Shown in pieces: positions 20,086 through 30,073 of a stretch of 64,000 bases of DNA. Both the position numbers and the translations under genes were made by a program. Numbering within the stretch: the stretch's first letter is position 1; the number at the start of each line of letters is the position of its first letter. The notes below the pieces were generated by a model. That model had not been told where the DNA came from and did not search any database. It was given only the letters and a program-made list of their open reading frames with translations. Origin of the DNA: an uncultured delta proteobacterium (GTDB taxonomy: Bacteria > Myxococcota > Kuafuiibacteriia > Kuafuiibacteriales > Kuafuiibacteriaceae); NCBI GenBank assembly GCA_963803435.1, contig CAWDML010000008.1, positions 718,833 through 782,832 on the forward strand. The letters run 5' to 3'.

Positions 20086-21618
20086 ATGCGTCTCGCCGAG
20101 GTCATCGGAGCGCTCTCGCTTGCTGCGGACCTATCGAGCGGCCTCGCGATGGAGAAGGGCCTCCGGACGGTGCTCGTTTCCACGCGCATGGCCCGTCTCG
20201 TCGGTCTCGACGCCGAGCGCCTCGCCGACGTCTTCTGGGTGAGCTCGCTCCGTCTCGTTGGGTGCCTCGGCTTTGCCCACGAGGAGGCGGCGTTCGCCGC
20301 GGGGGACGACAACAGCATGCGCCGGACGCTCGCGTTCGCGGACTTCGATCAGCCCCTCGACGTGATCCGTCGAGTGTTCCGGGGTCTCGCGCCCGAGGCG
20401 CCGCCGCTCCTGCGCGTCGGCGGCATCTCCCGACTTGCTCTCGACCGGGACGCTCCGAGACGTCACGCCCAGTCCACGTGTGAGACCGCAATCTTCTTTG
20501 CCCGTTCGCTCGGCATGGCCGAAGGCGTCGCGGCGGCTCTCGACGCAACTCATGAACGATTTGATGGGAGAGGGCCACGCGCCGTCCCTGGGGCCGAGGT
20601 GCCGGCCACCGCCAGGCTGGTGGATGTCGCCGATGTGCTCGAGCTGTTCGCATGGACGGGCGGCCAGGAGCTCGCTCGACAGGTGCTCGCAGATCGACGC
20701 GGACGTTCGCTCGATCCAGGTTTCGTCGACGCGGCCCTCGCCAACCTCCCCCACCTGCTCGAAGGGCTGCGCCCTGGCTCGGTCTGGGATCAGTACCTCG
20801 CGGCCGAGCCCGCCCCTCTTCGCCTGTCAGGACACGACGTGGACCGCGGGTGCGTCGCCCTCGGTCGCTTCGGCGACGTGAAGAGCGTCTACACCCTCGC
20901 GCACAGCCGCCGCGTGTCGGCTCTTGCCGAGCAAGCAGGACATGCGGCCGGGCTCGACGACGAGAGCTGCACACTGCTTCGGCGCGCCGCCTGCGTTCAC
21001 GACCTCGGGCGCGTGGCGGTCGCGAACGGGACCTGGGACAAGAAGGGCGCGCTCAACACGGTCGAGTGGCAGCGCGTACGGTCCCACAGCCATCACACGG
21101 AGGAGGTGCTCCGCAGCGCCGGCCTCGCCGACCTGGCCGACATCGCGGGCGCGACGCACGAACGGGGACGAGGCGCCGGCTATCACAAGGGCCTACGCGT
21201 CGACGGGCTCCCGATTCTCGCCAAGGTTCTCGCCGCTGCCGACGTCATGGCCGCGCTCGGTGAAGATCGCCCGCACCGCCCTGCGCTCGATGATGCGCGT
21301 GCGGTGAAGGAGTTGAGGGCGATGGTCGAAGCGGGTGGCCTCGACGCGCGTGCGGTCCAGTCGGTCCTCGACGCCCGCGGGGTTGCTCGCGCAAGGAAGG
21401 ATGCATGGCCGGGCGGCCTCTCGAACCGCGAGGTCGAGGTCGTGCGTCTCGTCGCCGTCGGCCGCACGAACAAGGAGATCGGGACGCTTCTCGGCATGTC
21501 CGCGCGGACCGCGCAGAAGCACGTGATGAACGTCTACGACAAGCTCGGACTGGAGAGCCGCGCGGGCGTCGCTCTCTACGCCCTCGAGCACGGGCTCCTC
21601 GACGATCCCGGCACCTGA
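20086..21618 (+). CDS. HD-domain plus LuxR C-terminal HTH transcriptional regulator
   Basis: HERFDGRG, VHDLGRV, HERGRGAGY and LSNREVEVVRLVAVGRTNKEIG motifs. Confidence 0.9.
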   Translation: MRLAEVIGALSLAADLSSGLAMEKGLRTVLVSTRMARLVGLDAERLADVFWVSSLRLVGCLGFAHEEAAFAAGDDNSMRRTLAFADFDQPLDVIRRVFRGLAPEAPPLLRVGGISRLALDRDAPRRHAQSTCETAIFFARSLGMAEGVAAALDATHERFDGRGPRAVPGAEVPATARLVDVADVLELFAWTGGQELARQVLADRRGRSLDPGFVDAALANLPHLLEGLRPGSVWDQYLAAEPAPLRLSGHDVDRGCVALGRFGDVKSVYTLAHSRRVSALAEQAGHAAGLDDESCTLLRRAACVHDLGRVAVANGTWDKKGALNTVEWQRVRSHSHHTEEVLRSAGLADLADIAGATHERGRGAGYHKGLRVDGLPILAKVLAAADVMAALGEDRPHRPALDDARAVKELRAMVEAGGLDARAVQSVLDARGVARARKDAWPGGLSNREVEVVRLVAVGRTNKEIGTLLGMSARTAQKHVMNVYDKLGLESRAGVALYALEHGLLDDPGT

Positions 21619-21693
21619 ACGACCGTTCCTGCGCGAGGTGGCGCATCGCGCGGTGGCTCGCGGCTCGGCATGTTGCGGCCGAAGGAGATCGTC

Positions 21694-21975
21694 ATGCCAA
21701 AATACGTGATCGAGAGAAGCCTACCCGGTGCCGGAAAGCTGTCTGCGAAGGAGCTTCGAGACATCTCCACCAAGTCGAACGGCGTGCTTCGCGAGCTGGG
21801 GCCCGAGATCCAGTGGATCCAGAGCTACGTGACCGGCGACAAGATCTACTGCGTCTACAACGCCAACAACCAGGAGATCGTCCGGGAGCACGCGCGCCGC
21901 GGCGGCTTTCCAGCGGACTCCGTGAGCGAGGTCGCGGCGGTGATCGATCCCAGCACAGCGGACCGAGGAGCATAG
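21694..21975 (+). CDS. DUF4242 domain protein
   Basis: MPKYVIER...QWIQSYVTGDKIYCVY...EHARRGGFPAD; AAGGAG RBS. Confidence 0.88.
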   Translation: MPKYVIERSLPGAGKLSAKELRDISTKSNGVLRELGPEIQWIQSYVTGDKIYCVYNANNQEIVREHARRGGFPADSVSEVAAVIDPSTADRGA

Positions 21976-22115
21976 GCCGTGCTCCGTCTCGCGACAGTGT
22001 GCAGGCCCGTGTCAGCTGTTCCGCATGCTCGGGGACGAGCCGGATTCGGCGCGCGTCCTCAACTACGGAGACTGAACAGCGCGGCCCCTCCGAAGCGGAT
22101 CCGGCTTCTCCATCA

Positions 22116-22526
22116 TCACTTCTTCCCGAACTGTGAGAAGCCCATCCCCGCGACCAGCGGGTGTCCCAGCTCGGCGGCTCGACTGGGGATCATCGAGTTG
22201 TTGCGCACACCATCCCAGCGGTCGCGCACCGAGAGGCCGCCGCGACCGTTCTCCTCCACGGTGATCGATCCCCGTCCCTCGAAGCCGCCCTTGTACCGGA
22301 CGTCGAGTCGGGTGCGATGCCGACCGCCGGCGAGTGTCTCATCGCGACGCTGCGTCACTTCGATCCCGATCTGCGGCGCGCCGGGGAAGGGGCGGCCGTA
22401 CGTGGTGTTGCCCGCGCACCGGGTGTCGTGCGCCATCGGCGAGATGCGCGTCGGGTCGCGCGAGAAATCGTCGGCCCACGCGCTCGCCGAGCTGCCGGAT
22501 ACGTAGTGCGTGGTGTCGATGTTCAC
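22116..22526 (-). CDS. Hypothetical protein (possibly SRPBCC-like)
   Basis: Open frame with GC-biased codons from GTG 22526; no firm motif. Confidence 0.45.
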   Translation of the reverse strand: MNIDTTHYVSGSSASAWADDFSRDPTRISPMAHDTRCAGNTTYGRPFPGAPQIGIEVTQRRDETLAGGRHRTRLDVRYKGGFEGRGSITVEENGRGGLSVRDRWDGVRNNSMIPSRAAELGHPLVAGMGFSQFGKK

Positions 22527-22635
22527 GCGGGGCTTCCCCGCCTGAAGTGGATCAGGTGTGTGTCGAGTGGCACCACAGTCGATCGTTTCGGCAACAAGAT
22601 GGTGACTGCCCCGATAACCCTTCCCGGCGGGGGGC

Positions 22636-23766
22636 ATGAGCAAGACCAACTTCAGCTCCGTCTTTCGCTACGTTGAGACGCTGGCCACCATCCGCGCCCG
22701 TAACGTCGACGCGCTGCGTGCCTCCACCCGGAAGATCTCGAAGGGCGAGCGCGAGAAGGTCGACGCCCTCGTCCACGAGCGCTTCGGCGACTTCACCGAC
22801 AAGGCGACCCAGCGGGTGGCGAGCCGCTTCCTCACCGCGCTGCCCGGCGCTGCTCGTCTGTCGCTCGAGACCAGCAAGAAGCTCGCGGTTCCCGAGGCGA
22901 GCGGGGTCGCGCCGCTCAGCAACGGCCGGGCGCTCTGCGTCGGCGACGACCAGGGCATCTTCTTTGTCGGCGCCGACGGCCAGGTGAACGTGCTCGTCTC
23001 CGCGACGGACGAGAAGCACCCCAGCTACGCGCCTGAGCTGCGCGGTCTCGAAGGGATCGCGCTCGACGCGGAGCGCACCAAGGCGTTCGTGGTCTCGGAG
23101 GACACACGCACCGTCTTCAGGCTCTCCATGCAGGACGACGGGAGGGACGTGAAGCTCGGCAGGCCGGTCGTCCTGGGGCGCCTCCCGAAGCTCAGCGGCG
23201 GCACCGTCAACGGCTGGGAGGGGATCGACGTGATGCCGGGCCGGTTCCTCAACATGCGTGAGGATCTCCTGGTCGGCGCGCACGAGGCCGATCCCACGCG
23301 GCTCGTCTTCGCGAGGATTCCGGGAGAGGGGAGCGCGGACGAGGAGCTCGAGGTGGTGCGGTCCTTCAAGATCCCGCGCGAAGCTCGCGAGCACCTCCTG
23401 GACATCGGAGACGTCGCGATCGATCCCACGAACGGCCACATCTTCCTCGTCAGCGATCGCTGCAAGAAGATCGTCGAGCTCGAGCTGTGCACCCGATCGC
23501 AAGGCGTGCGCGGCGGTCTGCTCGAACATGCCACCCTTCGCCTGGTCGCGGTCACCGCGATCCCCGACGGCGAGGGGACCAAGCCGGAGGGGCTCGGCTT
23601 CAGTCCGGACGCCAGAGAGGCCGTCCTGGTCGCCGAGCACACGAAGAAGAGGTCGCACCTGTGGCGGTTCGAGGTGAACCGCGAGGCCGAGCGACCCGCA
23701 CCGAACACAACCGCCCGAGGAAGGGACCGAGCGCAGATGGCTCGCGAAGAGCGCCGAGCAGGCTAG
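22636..23766 (+). CDS. SdiA-regulated/YjiK-like beta-propeller protein
   Basis: Blade motifs EASGV, GLEGIA, NGWEGI, DIGDVAIDP and KPEGLGF. Confidence 0.75.
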   Translation: MSKTNFSSVFRYVETLATIRARNVDALRASTRKISKGEREKVDALVHERFGDFTDKATQRVASRFLTALPGAARLSLETSKKLAVPEASGVAPLSNGRALCVGDDQGIFFVGADGQVNVLVSATDEKHPSYAPELRGLEGIALDAERTKAFVVSEDTRTVFRLSMQDDGRDVKLGRPVVLGRLPKLSGGTVNGWEGIDVMPGRFLNMREDLLVGAHEADPTRLVFARIPGEGSADEELEVVRSFKIPREAREHLLDIGDVAIDPTNGHIFLVSDRCKKIVELELCTRSQGVRGGLLEHATLRLVAVTAIPDGEGTKPEGLGFSPDAREAVLVAEHTKKRSHLWRFEVNREAERPAPNTTARGRDRAQMAREERRAG

Positions 23767-23778
23767 CTGGAGACGGCA

Positions 23779-25785
23779 ATGACAATGAACAAAGCCAACG
23801 TATCGAGTCGTGACGTTCAGGGGACCCGCGGGAACTACGCACCCGTCATCGACGGCCGGCGCGGTGATCGCCTCGGCAGCTTCATCCCGCGCGAGATGGC
23901 GAGTCGGTTCGTCGAGAGCGCCAACAAGGTGCAGCTACAGAAGCGCGACGGAACGACCGTCGTCCTCGCCACCGCCGACGATTGGGCGAACTTCGTCAGC
24001 ACCTATCTCAAGGCGCCCTCGTCGCGGCTCTCCGACCTGAAGTTCATGGCGGAGGATCCGAAGGGCCTCCAGGCGCAGTTCGATCTCACCTACGAGAACC
24101 TCTGCAAGTCGCTGGACGACGCCGGTTCGCAGATCAAGTTCGGCGACAACCCGAACGGCATCACGAACGCGACGATCGAGATCCTCCCCGGCGGGGAGTG
24201 GGACAAGGTCGCCCACATCTACGGCAACGCCGTCTACGGGATGGACCTCGACGAGACGAAGAGCGTCCCGCTGAACGCGGCAGGCACCGTCAAGGTCGAT
24301 CTCGTCCCCGCCCCGAAGATCGGGCCGTCGATCCTCAACGCGACCGCGTCCCTCACCCGCGACCGCCTCGAGCGGGAGTCGCGCATCGCCGTCATCGTCG
24401 AGAGCAAGGAGGACGCGAAGAAGTTCCGCGAGGTCTCCTCGAGTAACGCCTACTTTCAGCCGCTCGACGTGACGAAGCTGGGACCGTACCAGGAGCGCGC
24501 CGGCGTCGAACACATCTGGCAGGACGACAAGGCGGTCGCGTGCTTCGAGCGCTTCCCGTATCCGATGCACCTCGAGGTGAACGGCCAGGACGAGACCGGC
24601 TATCAGGCGAACAAGTCGCCGTTCATCGAGGGTATGGTCGATACGCCCGACCTCAAGCTCGCCCGCAACGATCTCGAGATCCGCTACCGCTGGCGCCCGG
24701 AGCAGGCCGCTCGGACGAACCTCCAGGGCAAACAGGCGCAGGGCCGAGACCCACAGACCGGCCTGACGGAGCAGAAGAAGTTCGAGCACCGCGATCCGCG
24801 CGGCACGACCGGGACCGGCCCCGACGGCGAGGCGCTGCACCTGGATCTGCTGGAGCAGGTCGCGATCACCGGGATGATGGGGCCGGCCGGCCAGCAGGAG
24901 ATGAGCGCGGTCCACCGCGAGGTCTACCAGGCGCTGCTGGATTTGGGAGCCATCCAGCCGGGCGAGTCGATCACGCTCGACTCGAAGGTGGTCGACTATC
25001 AGGATCGCCGGCGCATGCACCTGATCTTCTACAGCCAGCGTGAGATGGAGACGCTCCAGACCACGCTGCAGCAGAACCTCGATCAGTTCGACCAGCTCAC
25101 CCAGGGGGCGAGCGCCGACGACAAGACCCGCTGGAGGTCGAACCTCGAGCGGATGTCGAAGCAGGTCGGCGTCTACGTCGACAAGATCAAGAAGCGCGAC
25201 GAGCTCGTGCGGAAGTACGGCGGCTCGGTGAACACGAGCTTCGACGGTCTGATCATCTCACGCGACGAGAAGGTCGGGTTCGAAGCCGGAGCCTTCGGCA
25301 AGGGATCGGGCATCTGGCCCGGCGATCGGAAGGGCACTCCGGCGACCTACGTGGCGTCGGCCGGGGGCGACTTCGTGGCGAAGCCGGTCGAAGGTGCGGA
25401 CCGGATCGATGACCTCGGGACCATCTATGTCGCCGAGTCGGAGCTCGACTCGAACGTCTCCGATCCGGTGAAGCGGGCGTACGACGCCTGCCAGGCCACG
25501 GCGACGGGCCAGCCGGTCGAGGGCGAGAACCCACGACCAGGGATCACGCAGGATGAGGCGAAGGCGGACCTGGACGCCATGAAGCAGATCTACGAGGAGG
25601 TCGGGCTGGCGGCGGATTCCGCGATGAAGCTGCAGGGGGAGGCCTATGAGGCGGTGGGTCTGAAGATCGACCCGAACGCCCCCGACCAGACGTACTCCCA
25701 CTTCGCCAAGGCGCTCGAGGCGCAGGGCAACCGGTCCTGGTTCAACGTCGTCTCCATTCGCAACGCGAACGTGCCGCGGACCTGA
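23779..25785 (+). CDS. Large hypothetical protein with divergent CYTH (triphosphate tunnel)-like motifs
   Basis: ERESR, DTPDLKLARNDLEIRYR, QGKQ...KKFEHR, DRRRMHL, ISRDE and AESELD occur in CYTH order; strong codon bias; GGAG RBS. Confidence 0.6.
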   Translation: MTMNKANVSSRDVQGTRGNYAPVIDGRRGDRLGSFIPREMASRFVESANKVQLQKRDGTTVVLATADDWANFVSTYLKAPSSRLSDLKFMAEDPKGLQAQFDLTYENLCKSLDDAGSQIKFGDNPNGITNATIEILPGGEWDKVAHIYGNAVYGMDLDETKSVPLNAAGTVKVDLVPAPKIGPSILNATASLTRDRLERESRIAVIVESKEDAKKFREVSSSNAYFQPLDVTKLGPYQERAGVEHIWQDDKAVACFERFPYPMHLEVNGQDETGYQANKSPFIEGMVDTPDLKLARNDLEIRYRWRPEQAARTNLQGKQAQGRDPQTGLTEQKKFEHRDPRGTTGTGPDGEALHLDLLEQVAITGMMGPAGQQEMSAVHREVYQALLDLGAIQPGESITLDSKVVDYQDRRRMHLIFYSQREMETLQTTLQQNLDQFDQLTQGASADDKTRWRSNLERMSKQVGVYVDKIKKRDELVRKYGGSVNTSFDGLIISRDEKVGFEAGAFGKGSGIWPGDRKGTPATYVASAGGDFVAKPVEGADRIDDLGTIYVAESELDSNVSDPVKRAYDACQATATGQPVEGENPRPGITQDEAKADLDAMKQIYEEVGLAADSAMKLQGEAYEAVGLKIDPNAPDQTYSHFAKALEAQGNRSWFNVVSIRNANVPRT

Positions 25786-25840
25786 GCCGGCTCAGCCTTC
25801 GGCTGCTCATCCCTCCAGGCGCGTCGGGCAAGAGTCGAGG

Positions 25841-27511
25841 TCACCACTCTCGTCGATAGCACGCCTCGTCCACCTCGGCGGCCTCATCGCCGGTGGGGGG
25901 TGGTGCTCTGCGCCGGTGGGCGAGCGTTTCGCGCGGCTCGATGCGTATCGAGCCGTCCTCCGGTCCGAGCAGAGCGTTCGGCTCTACACCGAGGACCGAG
26001 GAGGCCGCCAAGAGGCCGGACATCGCGGCGCCCCCGACCCCATGGCTGATCGTGCTCGCGCCGCACAACGAGAGCCGCTCGATCGGGCTCGTGATGGCGA
26101 AGGAGAACGGGCCCACCTGCCGCCGTCGCTTCGCAGTACCGTAGACCGCACCCCGGCGGGTGGCGCAGTAGTGATCGTTGGTGAGCGGCGTGCCGAGCTC
26201 AGCGAACACCAAGCGCCGGCGAAGATCGGGGATGACGTGCTCGGCCGCGACGAGCATCCGGTCGATCAGCGTGCGCTTGAGAGCCTGGTACTCGGCGCTG
26301 CGGCGACCGCACGGTTCGTCTCTCCACTTGGCGAAACAGTCGTGCGGTACGAACGTGAACATCTCGAGCGTGTGGTGGCCGTTGCTGGGAAGGCCGGGAT
26401 CCTTGAGCGTGGGGATGGAGACGAAGATCCCGTCGACCTCGTCCTCGGGCCGCCACTGCTTCATCCCTCGATAGAGACCTTCGATGTCTGCGCTGCGCGA
26501 CCACCAGTAGTTGCCGGAGTCGTAGCCCAGGGCGGGAAGATCCATGTCGACCGCCGCCAGCAAGCTGAGCGAGCTCACCGACATCTCGAACTTCTCCGCG
26601 CGCCGTTGCTCTCTCGGCGCTGCGCCGCCGGGCAGGAGGTCGAGATAGGTGATCGTCGCGTCGGCGTTCGAGATCACACAATCGGATCTGATCTGCTCGC
26701 CGCTCACCAGCTCGACGCCGGCGGCACGCTCTCCTTCGAGCAGGATCCGCGCGACGCACGTCCGTAACCTGATCTTGCCACCGTACCTCCGCAGCGCTCG
26801 AACGTAGGAGCTGGAGATCGCCTTGGCGCCGCCCTTCGGATAGTACGCGCCGTCGAAATAGTAGTGATCCATCGCCGCGTGCAGCGGGAGCGAGACCTGA
26901 GACGGCGGCAGGCCATGATTGCCGCAGCGAGTGGAGAGGATGGCGCGCAGAAGTGGGTTCGAGACCGTCGCGTCGAGCAGCGCTTCCAGCGTCGAGAAGC
27001 CCCAGCGGGTGAGAACCGGCGCCCGAAGAGGGAGGGCGAGGACCTCCGGGAAGGACAGGAGCGTTTGGCTGCGATCGACGTCCGCGGCCAGCTGTCGGAC
27101 GATCTCGAAGTAGCGATCGATTCCCTGCCGTTCGTGGGGAAAGCTCGCCTTCAGTCGCTCCGTGTAGCGATCGACCCCCTTCGGAATGTCGAAGCGCTCG
27201 TCTCCCACCATGACATGGTCGATGGCGTCGGGGTTCAGCTCGTAGAACGATAGGCGCTCCCCCATCCCGAGGCCCTCGAAGAGGCGACGCAGGCACTGAC
27301 CCGGAAGAAGACCGGCCAGATAATGAACGCCGGGGCTGAAGCGATAGCCCTGAAGCGAAAAGCTCTGGGTCCAACCGCCGGGAAGATAGTGCTGCTCGAG
27401 GACCAACACCGTCCGCCCGCTCCGCGCGAGCGCAACGGCGGCCGTCAGACCACCCGGACCGGATCCGATGACGACGACGTCGTACTTCTTCACGGCAGCT
27501 CGAAGGCGCAC
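25841..27511 (-). CDS. FAD-dependent oxidoreductase, phytoene dehydrogenase/retinol saturase-like
   Basis: YDVVVIGSGPGG, LEQHYLPGG, YYPKGG, VISNAD and GTPLT motifs. Confidence 0.9.
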   Translation of the reverse strand: MRLRAAVKKYDVVVIGSGPGGLTAAVALARSGRTVLVLEQHYLPGGWTQSFSLQGYRFSPGVHYLAGLLPGQCLRRLFEGLGMGERLSFYELNPDAIDHVMVGDERFDIPKGVDRYTERLKASFPHERQGIDRYFEIVRQLAADVDRSQTLLSFPEVLALPLRAPVLTRWGFSTLEALLDATVSNPLLRAILSTRCGNHGLPPSQVSLPLHAAMDHYYFDGAYYPKGGAKAISSSYVRALRRYGGKIRLRTCVARILLEGERAAGVELVSGEQIRSDCVISNADATITYLDLLPGGAAPREQRRAEKFEMSVSSLSLLAAVDMDLPALGYDSGNYWWSRSADIEGLYRGMKQWRPEDEVDGIFVSIPTLKDPGLPSNGHHTLEMFTFVPHDCFAKWRDEPCGRRSAEYQALKRTLIDRMLVAAEHVIPDLRRRLVFAELGTPLTNDHYCATRRGAVYGTAKRRRQVGPFSFAITSPIERLSLCGASTISHGVGGAAMSGLLAASSVLGVEPNALLGPEDGSIRIEPRETLAHRRRAPPPTGDEAAEVDEACYRREW

Positions 27512-27649
27512 GACTCGTGCCGCGCCTCGACGCTCCCAACGGCTGGGCGCGGTCGTTCGATGTCACGCACCACCGCGTCCCAGATGGGGCCAGGAGACAC
27601 GCGATCCGGGTCGGTGGCTCGGTCTCCCGGCGGCCCGCGTCGCCGGTGA

Positions 27650-27925
27650 TCACTCCACTGCGTACGCGGGCGTGACGCCGACGCCCGCGCCCTCTGTACC
27701 CACGAAGAAGCGGATGTCGAGGCCGGTCACGTCCGAGTTCGCCGACGACCACATCGCGCTCGGCGTGGTGTTGGGCGTCGCCATCAGCTCGGCCGAGAGG
27801 CTGGCAGCGGCCACCCCGCTGTAGGTCACCGTCCAGGTACCGAGCGGGGGAAGGCCGCGCACCTGGAGGAGCGCGAGCGCGTCGGGATCGACCTGGCAGA
27901 GCGGCTGCTCGACGAACTGCTCCAA
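27650..27925 (-). pseudogene. C-terminal part of a hypothetical gene, upstream frameshifted
   Basis: Coding-like codon usage without a clear start. Confidence 0.3.
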
Positions 27926-28213
27926 CAGCGTCGGATCGTCGAGGTTCGCGTCGAAGTGCGAGGGGGATGAGCAGAGCGAGTGTCTCGAGCTTCACGCCGG
28001 CGCACCCACGCAGATCTCGGGCCACCGCCGAACGCTCCCGGGAGGCGGACGGGCGCCTGTCCACGGACTGTCCGGGGACGGTCCGCAACCCGGTCGACCG
28101 ACGCCGTCTTCGAGCGCGACCCGCGGGTACGATCACCCGAGCGCGACTTCGGCGGACGATGCATCCTCACCTCGCGCCGGCGCCGACGCCTCGATCCCGC
28201 AGACGCGCACGTG

Positions 28214-28405
28214 CTACCGGCCGAGCAGACCTCGAAGCCAGGACCACCCTCCGGGTGGCGTCTCCCCCTCGGAGCGCTCCGGCGCCTCCTCCTTACAGCG
28301 GCAGCGCGCCTCGCGCGGTACGTCGGCGAGCACCTGCTCCACGTGCGCGCCGCAGCCCGCATAGGTCGGTCGTCCACACTTCGAACATCGAACTCGGCGG
28401 CACAT
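28214..28405 (-). CDS. Small Cys-rich protein
   Basis: MCRRVRCSKCGRPTYAGCGAHVEQVL...RCRC; GAGGAG RBS. Confidence 0.8.
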   Translation of the reverse strand: MCRRVRCSKCGRPTYAGCGAHVEQVLADVPREARCRCKEEAPERSEGETPPGGWSWLRGLLGR

Positions 28406-28438
28406 CAAACGGCTCCTCTACGTCGAGTGCATTCTGTC

Positions 28439-28467
28439 GTGGGAGCCAAGAGCGCCGGCAAGGGTTC
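28439..28467 (-). promoter_or_regulatory. Putative ECF sigma promoter GAACCC-N13-TGGCTCCCAC
   Basis: Matches 29341-29369 with identical spacing; lies upstream of the small Cys-rich gene. Confidence 0.6.
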
Positions 28468-29290
28468 ACGTCTCCCGTTCCGTCAGCGACTGCAGCGCGG
28501 CGGCGACCGATGCGCGCAGTTCTGCGGGAATCTCCCCGGTGGGCTTCGTCCGGCAGAGCGCGAGGGTACCCCGGAGCGAATCACACCTGGCTCGACACCG
28601 AGCGCAGCCCTCGAGGTGCCGCTCCATCTCGGCGCAAACCTCACCGCCGATCTCACCCTCGAGGTGCTGGGAGAGCAGTAGGACGACGTCGGGACACGCG
28701 GGTGACGCCGACGGCTCCGTCACGCCGAGCAGCGGCGCGATCCGATCCCGAACCGCGAGCCGCGCCCGATGGAGTCGGCTCTTGACGGCCGAAACGCTGA
28801 TGCCCAGGACCTCGCCCACCTCCGGCGCCGTCAATCCCTCCGCATCCCGCAGGAGCAGCACCTCGCGGTACATCGGGTCGAGCGCTGCGATCGCGCGTTC
28901 CAGCGCGGCCTCCACTTCCCGGCTCGCGGCGGCCGACTCCGGATCGGGGGCCGGATCGGGAAGCGCGTGCGCGGCGGAGCTCGCCTCGGTCTCGAGGGAG
29001 TGCTCGCGGTCGGGGGCGAACTTGCTCTTCCGCCTCTTCTTGATGCAGTGGCTGCGCGCGATGGTGTAGAGCCACGTCGAGATCGAGGATGCACCCCTGA
29101 AGTCCCGAACGCCGCGGGCCATGGCCAGGAGGGTCTCCTGGAGCACGTCGCGGGCGTCCTCGGGATCGCGGCACATCCTCAAGCCGAAGCGGTAGATCTG
29201 CGGCTGGTGTCGAGCGAGGAGCTGCTCGAGCGCCCGCATGTCGCCCGTTCGCGCGGCCGCGAGGAGCGCCTGGTCGTCGGGCTCTGACAT
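28466..29290 (-). CDS. ECF sigma factor fused to a C-terminal zf-HC2 (anti-sigma-like) domain
   Basis: DARDVLQETL, FRGASSISTWLYTIA and AVKSRLHRAR, then CPDV...HLEGE...HLEGCARC. Confidence 0.9.
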   Translation of the reverse strand: MSEPDDQALLAAARTGDMRALEQLLARHQPQIYRFGLRMCRDPEDARDVLQETLLAMARGVRDFRGASSISTWLYTIARSHCIKKRRKSKFAPDREHSLETEASSAAHALPDPAPDPESAAASREVEAALERAIAALDPMYREVLLLRDAEGLTAPEVGEVLGISVSAVKSRLHRARLAVRDRIAPLLGVTEPSASPACPDVVLLLSQHLEGEIGGEVCAEMERHLEGCARCRARCDSLRGTLALCRTKPTGEIPAELRASVAAALQSLTERET

Positions 29291-29340
29291 CTCGAGCTTC
29301 TCTCGCACAAGCGTTCGCTCGAGGCCACGGTCCTCGCGCC

Positions 29341-29369
29341 GAACCCCTTCGCGCCGGTCTGGCTCTCAC
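29341..29369 (+). promoter_or_regulatory. Putative ECF sigma promoter GAACCC-N13-TGGCTCTCAC
   Basis: Matches 28439-28467; about 20 bp upstream of the dioxygenase start. Confidence 0.6.
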
Positions 29370-29388
29370 CCAGGTGAACGGAGGAAAA

Positions 29389-30072
29389 ATGCTCTTTCGC
29401 CAGCTCTTCGAGCCCGAGTCCAGCACCTACACATACCTGATCGCGCGCCGCACCGGAGCGGAGGCCCTGCTCATCGATCCCGTGAAGAAGGACCTCGACA
29501 AGTATCTCCGGCTCATCGCCGAGCTGGACCTGCGCCTCGTCTTCGCCGTCGACACCCACGTCCACGCCGACCACGTCACCGCGCTCGGTGCCCTCCGGGA
29601 GTCGACGCGCTGCACGACAATCATGGGGCGGGAGAGCCGCGCCGAGTGCGTCTCACGGAAGGTCACCGACGGCGAGCGCATCGTGATCGACGGCCTCGAG
29701 CTCCGCGCGCTCCACACCCCCGGCCACACGGACGACTCGTACAGCTTCGCGATGAAAGACCGCGTCTTCACGGGCGACACGCTCCTGATCCGAGGAACGG
29801 GCAGAACGGACTTCCAAAACGGTGATGCGCGCGCGCAGTACCACAGCCTCTTCGACAAGCTGCTCGCTCTCCCCGACGAGACGCTCGTCTATCCGGGACA
29901 CGACTACAAGGGTTGGACGGTCAGCACCATCGGCGAGGAAAGGGCGCACAACCCTCGTCTGCAGGTGACCTCGGAGGCCGAGTACGTCGCCCTGATGCGC
30001 AACCTGAAGCTCGCCCACCCGAAGCTCATGGACGTCGCCGTCCCGGCAAACCTCATCTGCGGAGCGGCATGA
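29389..30072 (+). CDS. MBL-fold persulfide dioxygenase (ETHE1-like)
   Basis: FRQLFEPESSTYTYL, DTHVHADH, TPGHT, FTGDTLLIRGTGRTDFQ, YPGHDYKG and AVPANLICG motifs. Confidence 0.92.
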   Translation: MLFRQLFEPESSTYTYLIARRTGAEALLIDPVKKDLDKYLRLIAELDLRLVFAVDTHVHADHVTALGALRESTRCTTIMGRESRAECVSRKVTDGERIVIDGLELRALHTPGHTDDSYSFAMKDRVFTGDTLLIRGTGRTDFQNGDARAQYHSLFDKLLALPDETLVYPGHDYKGWTVSTIGEERAHNPRLQVTSEAEYVALMRNLKLAHPKLMDVAVPANLICGAA

Positions 30073-30073
30073 C

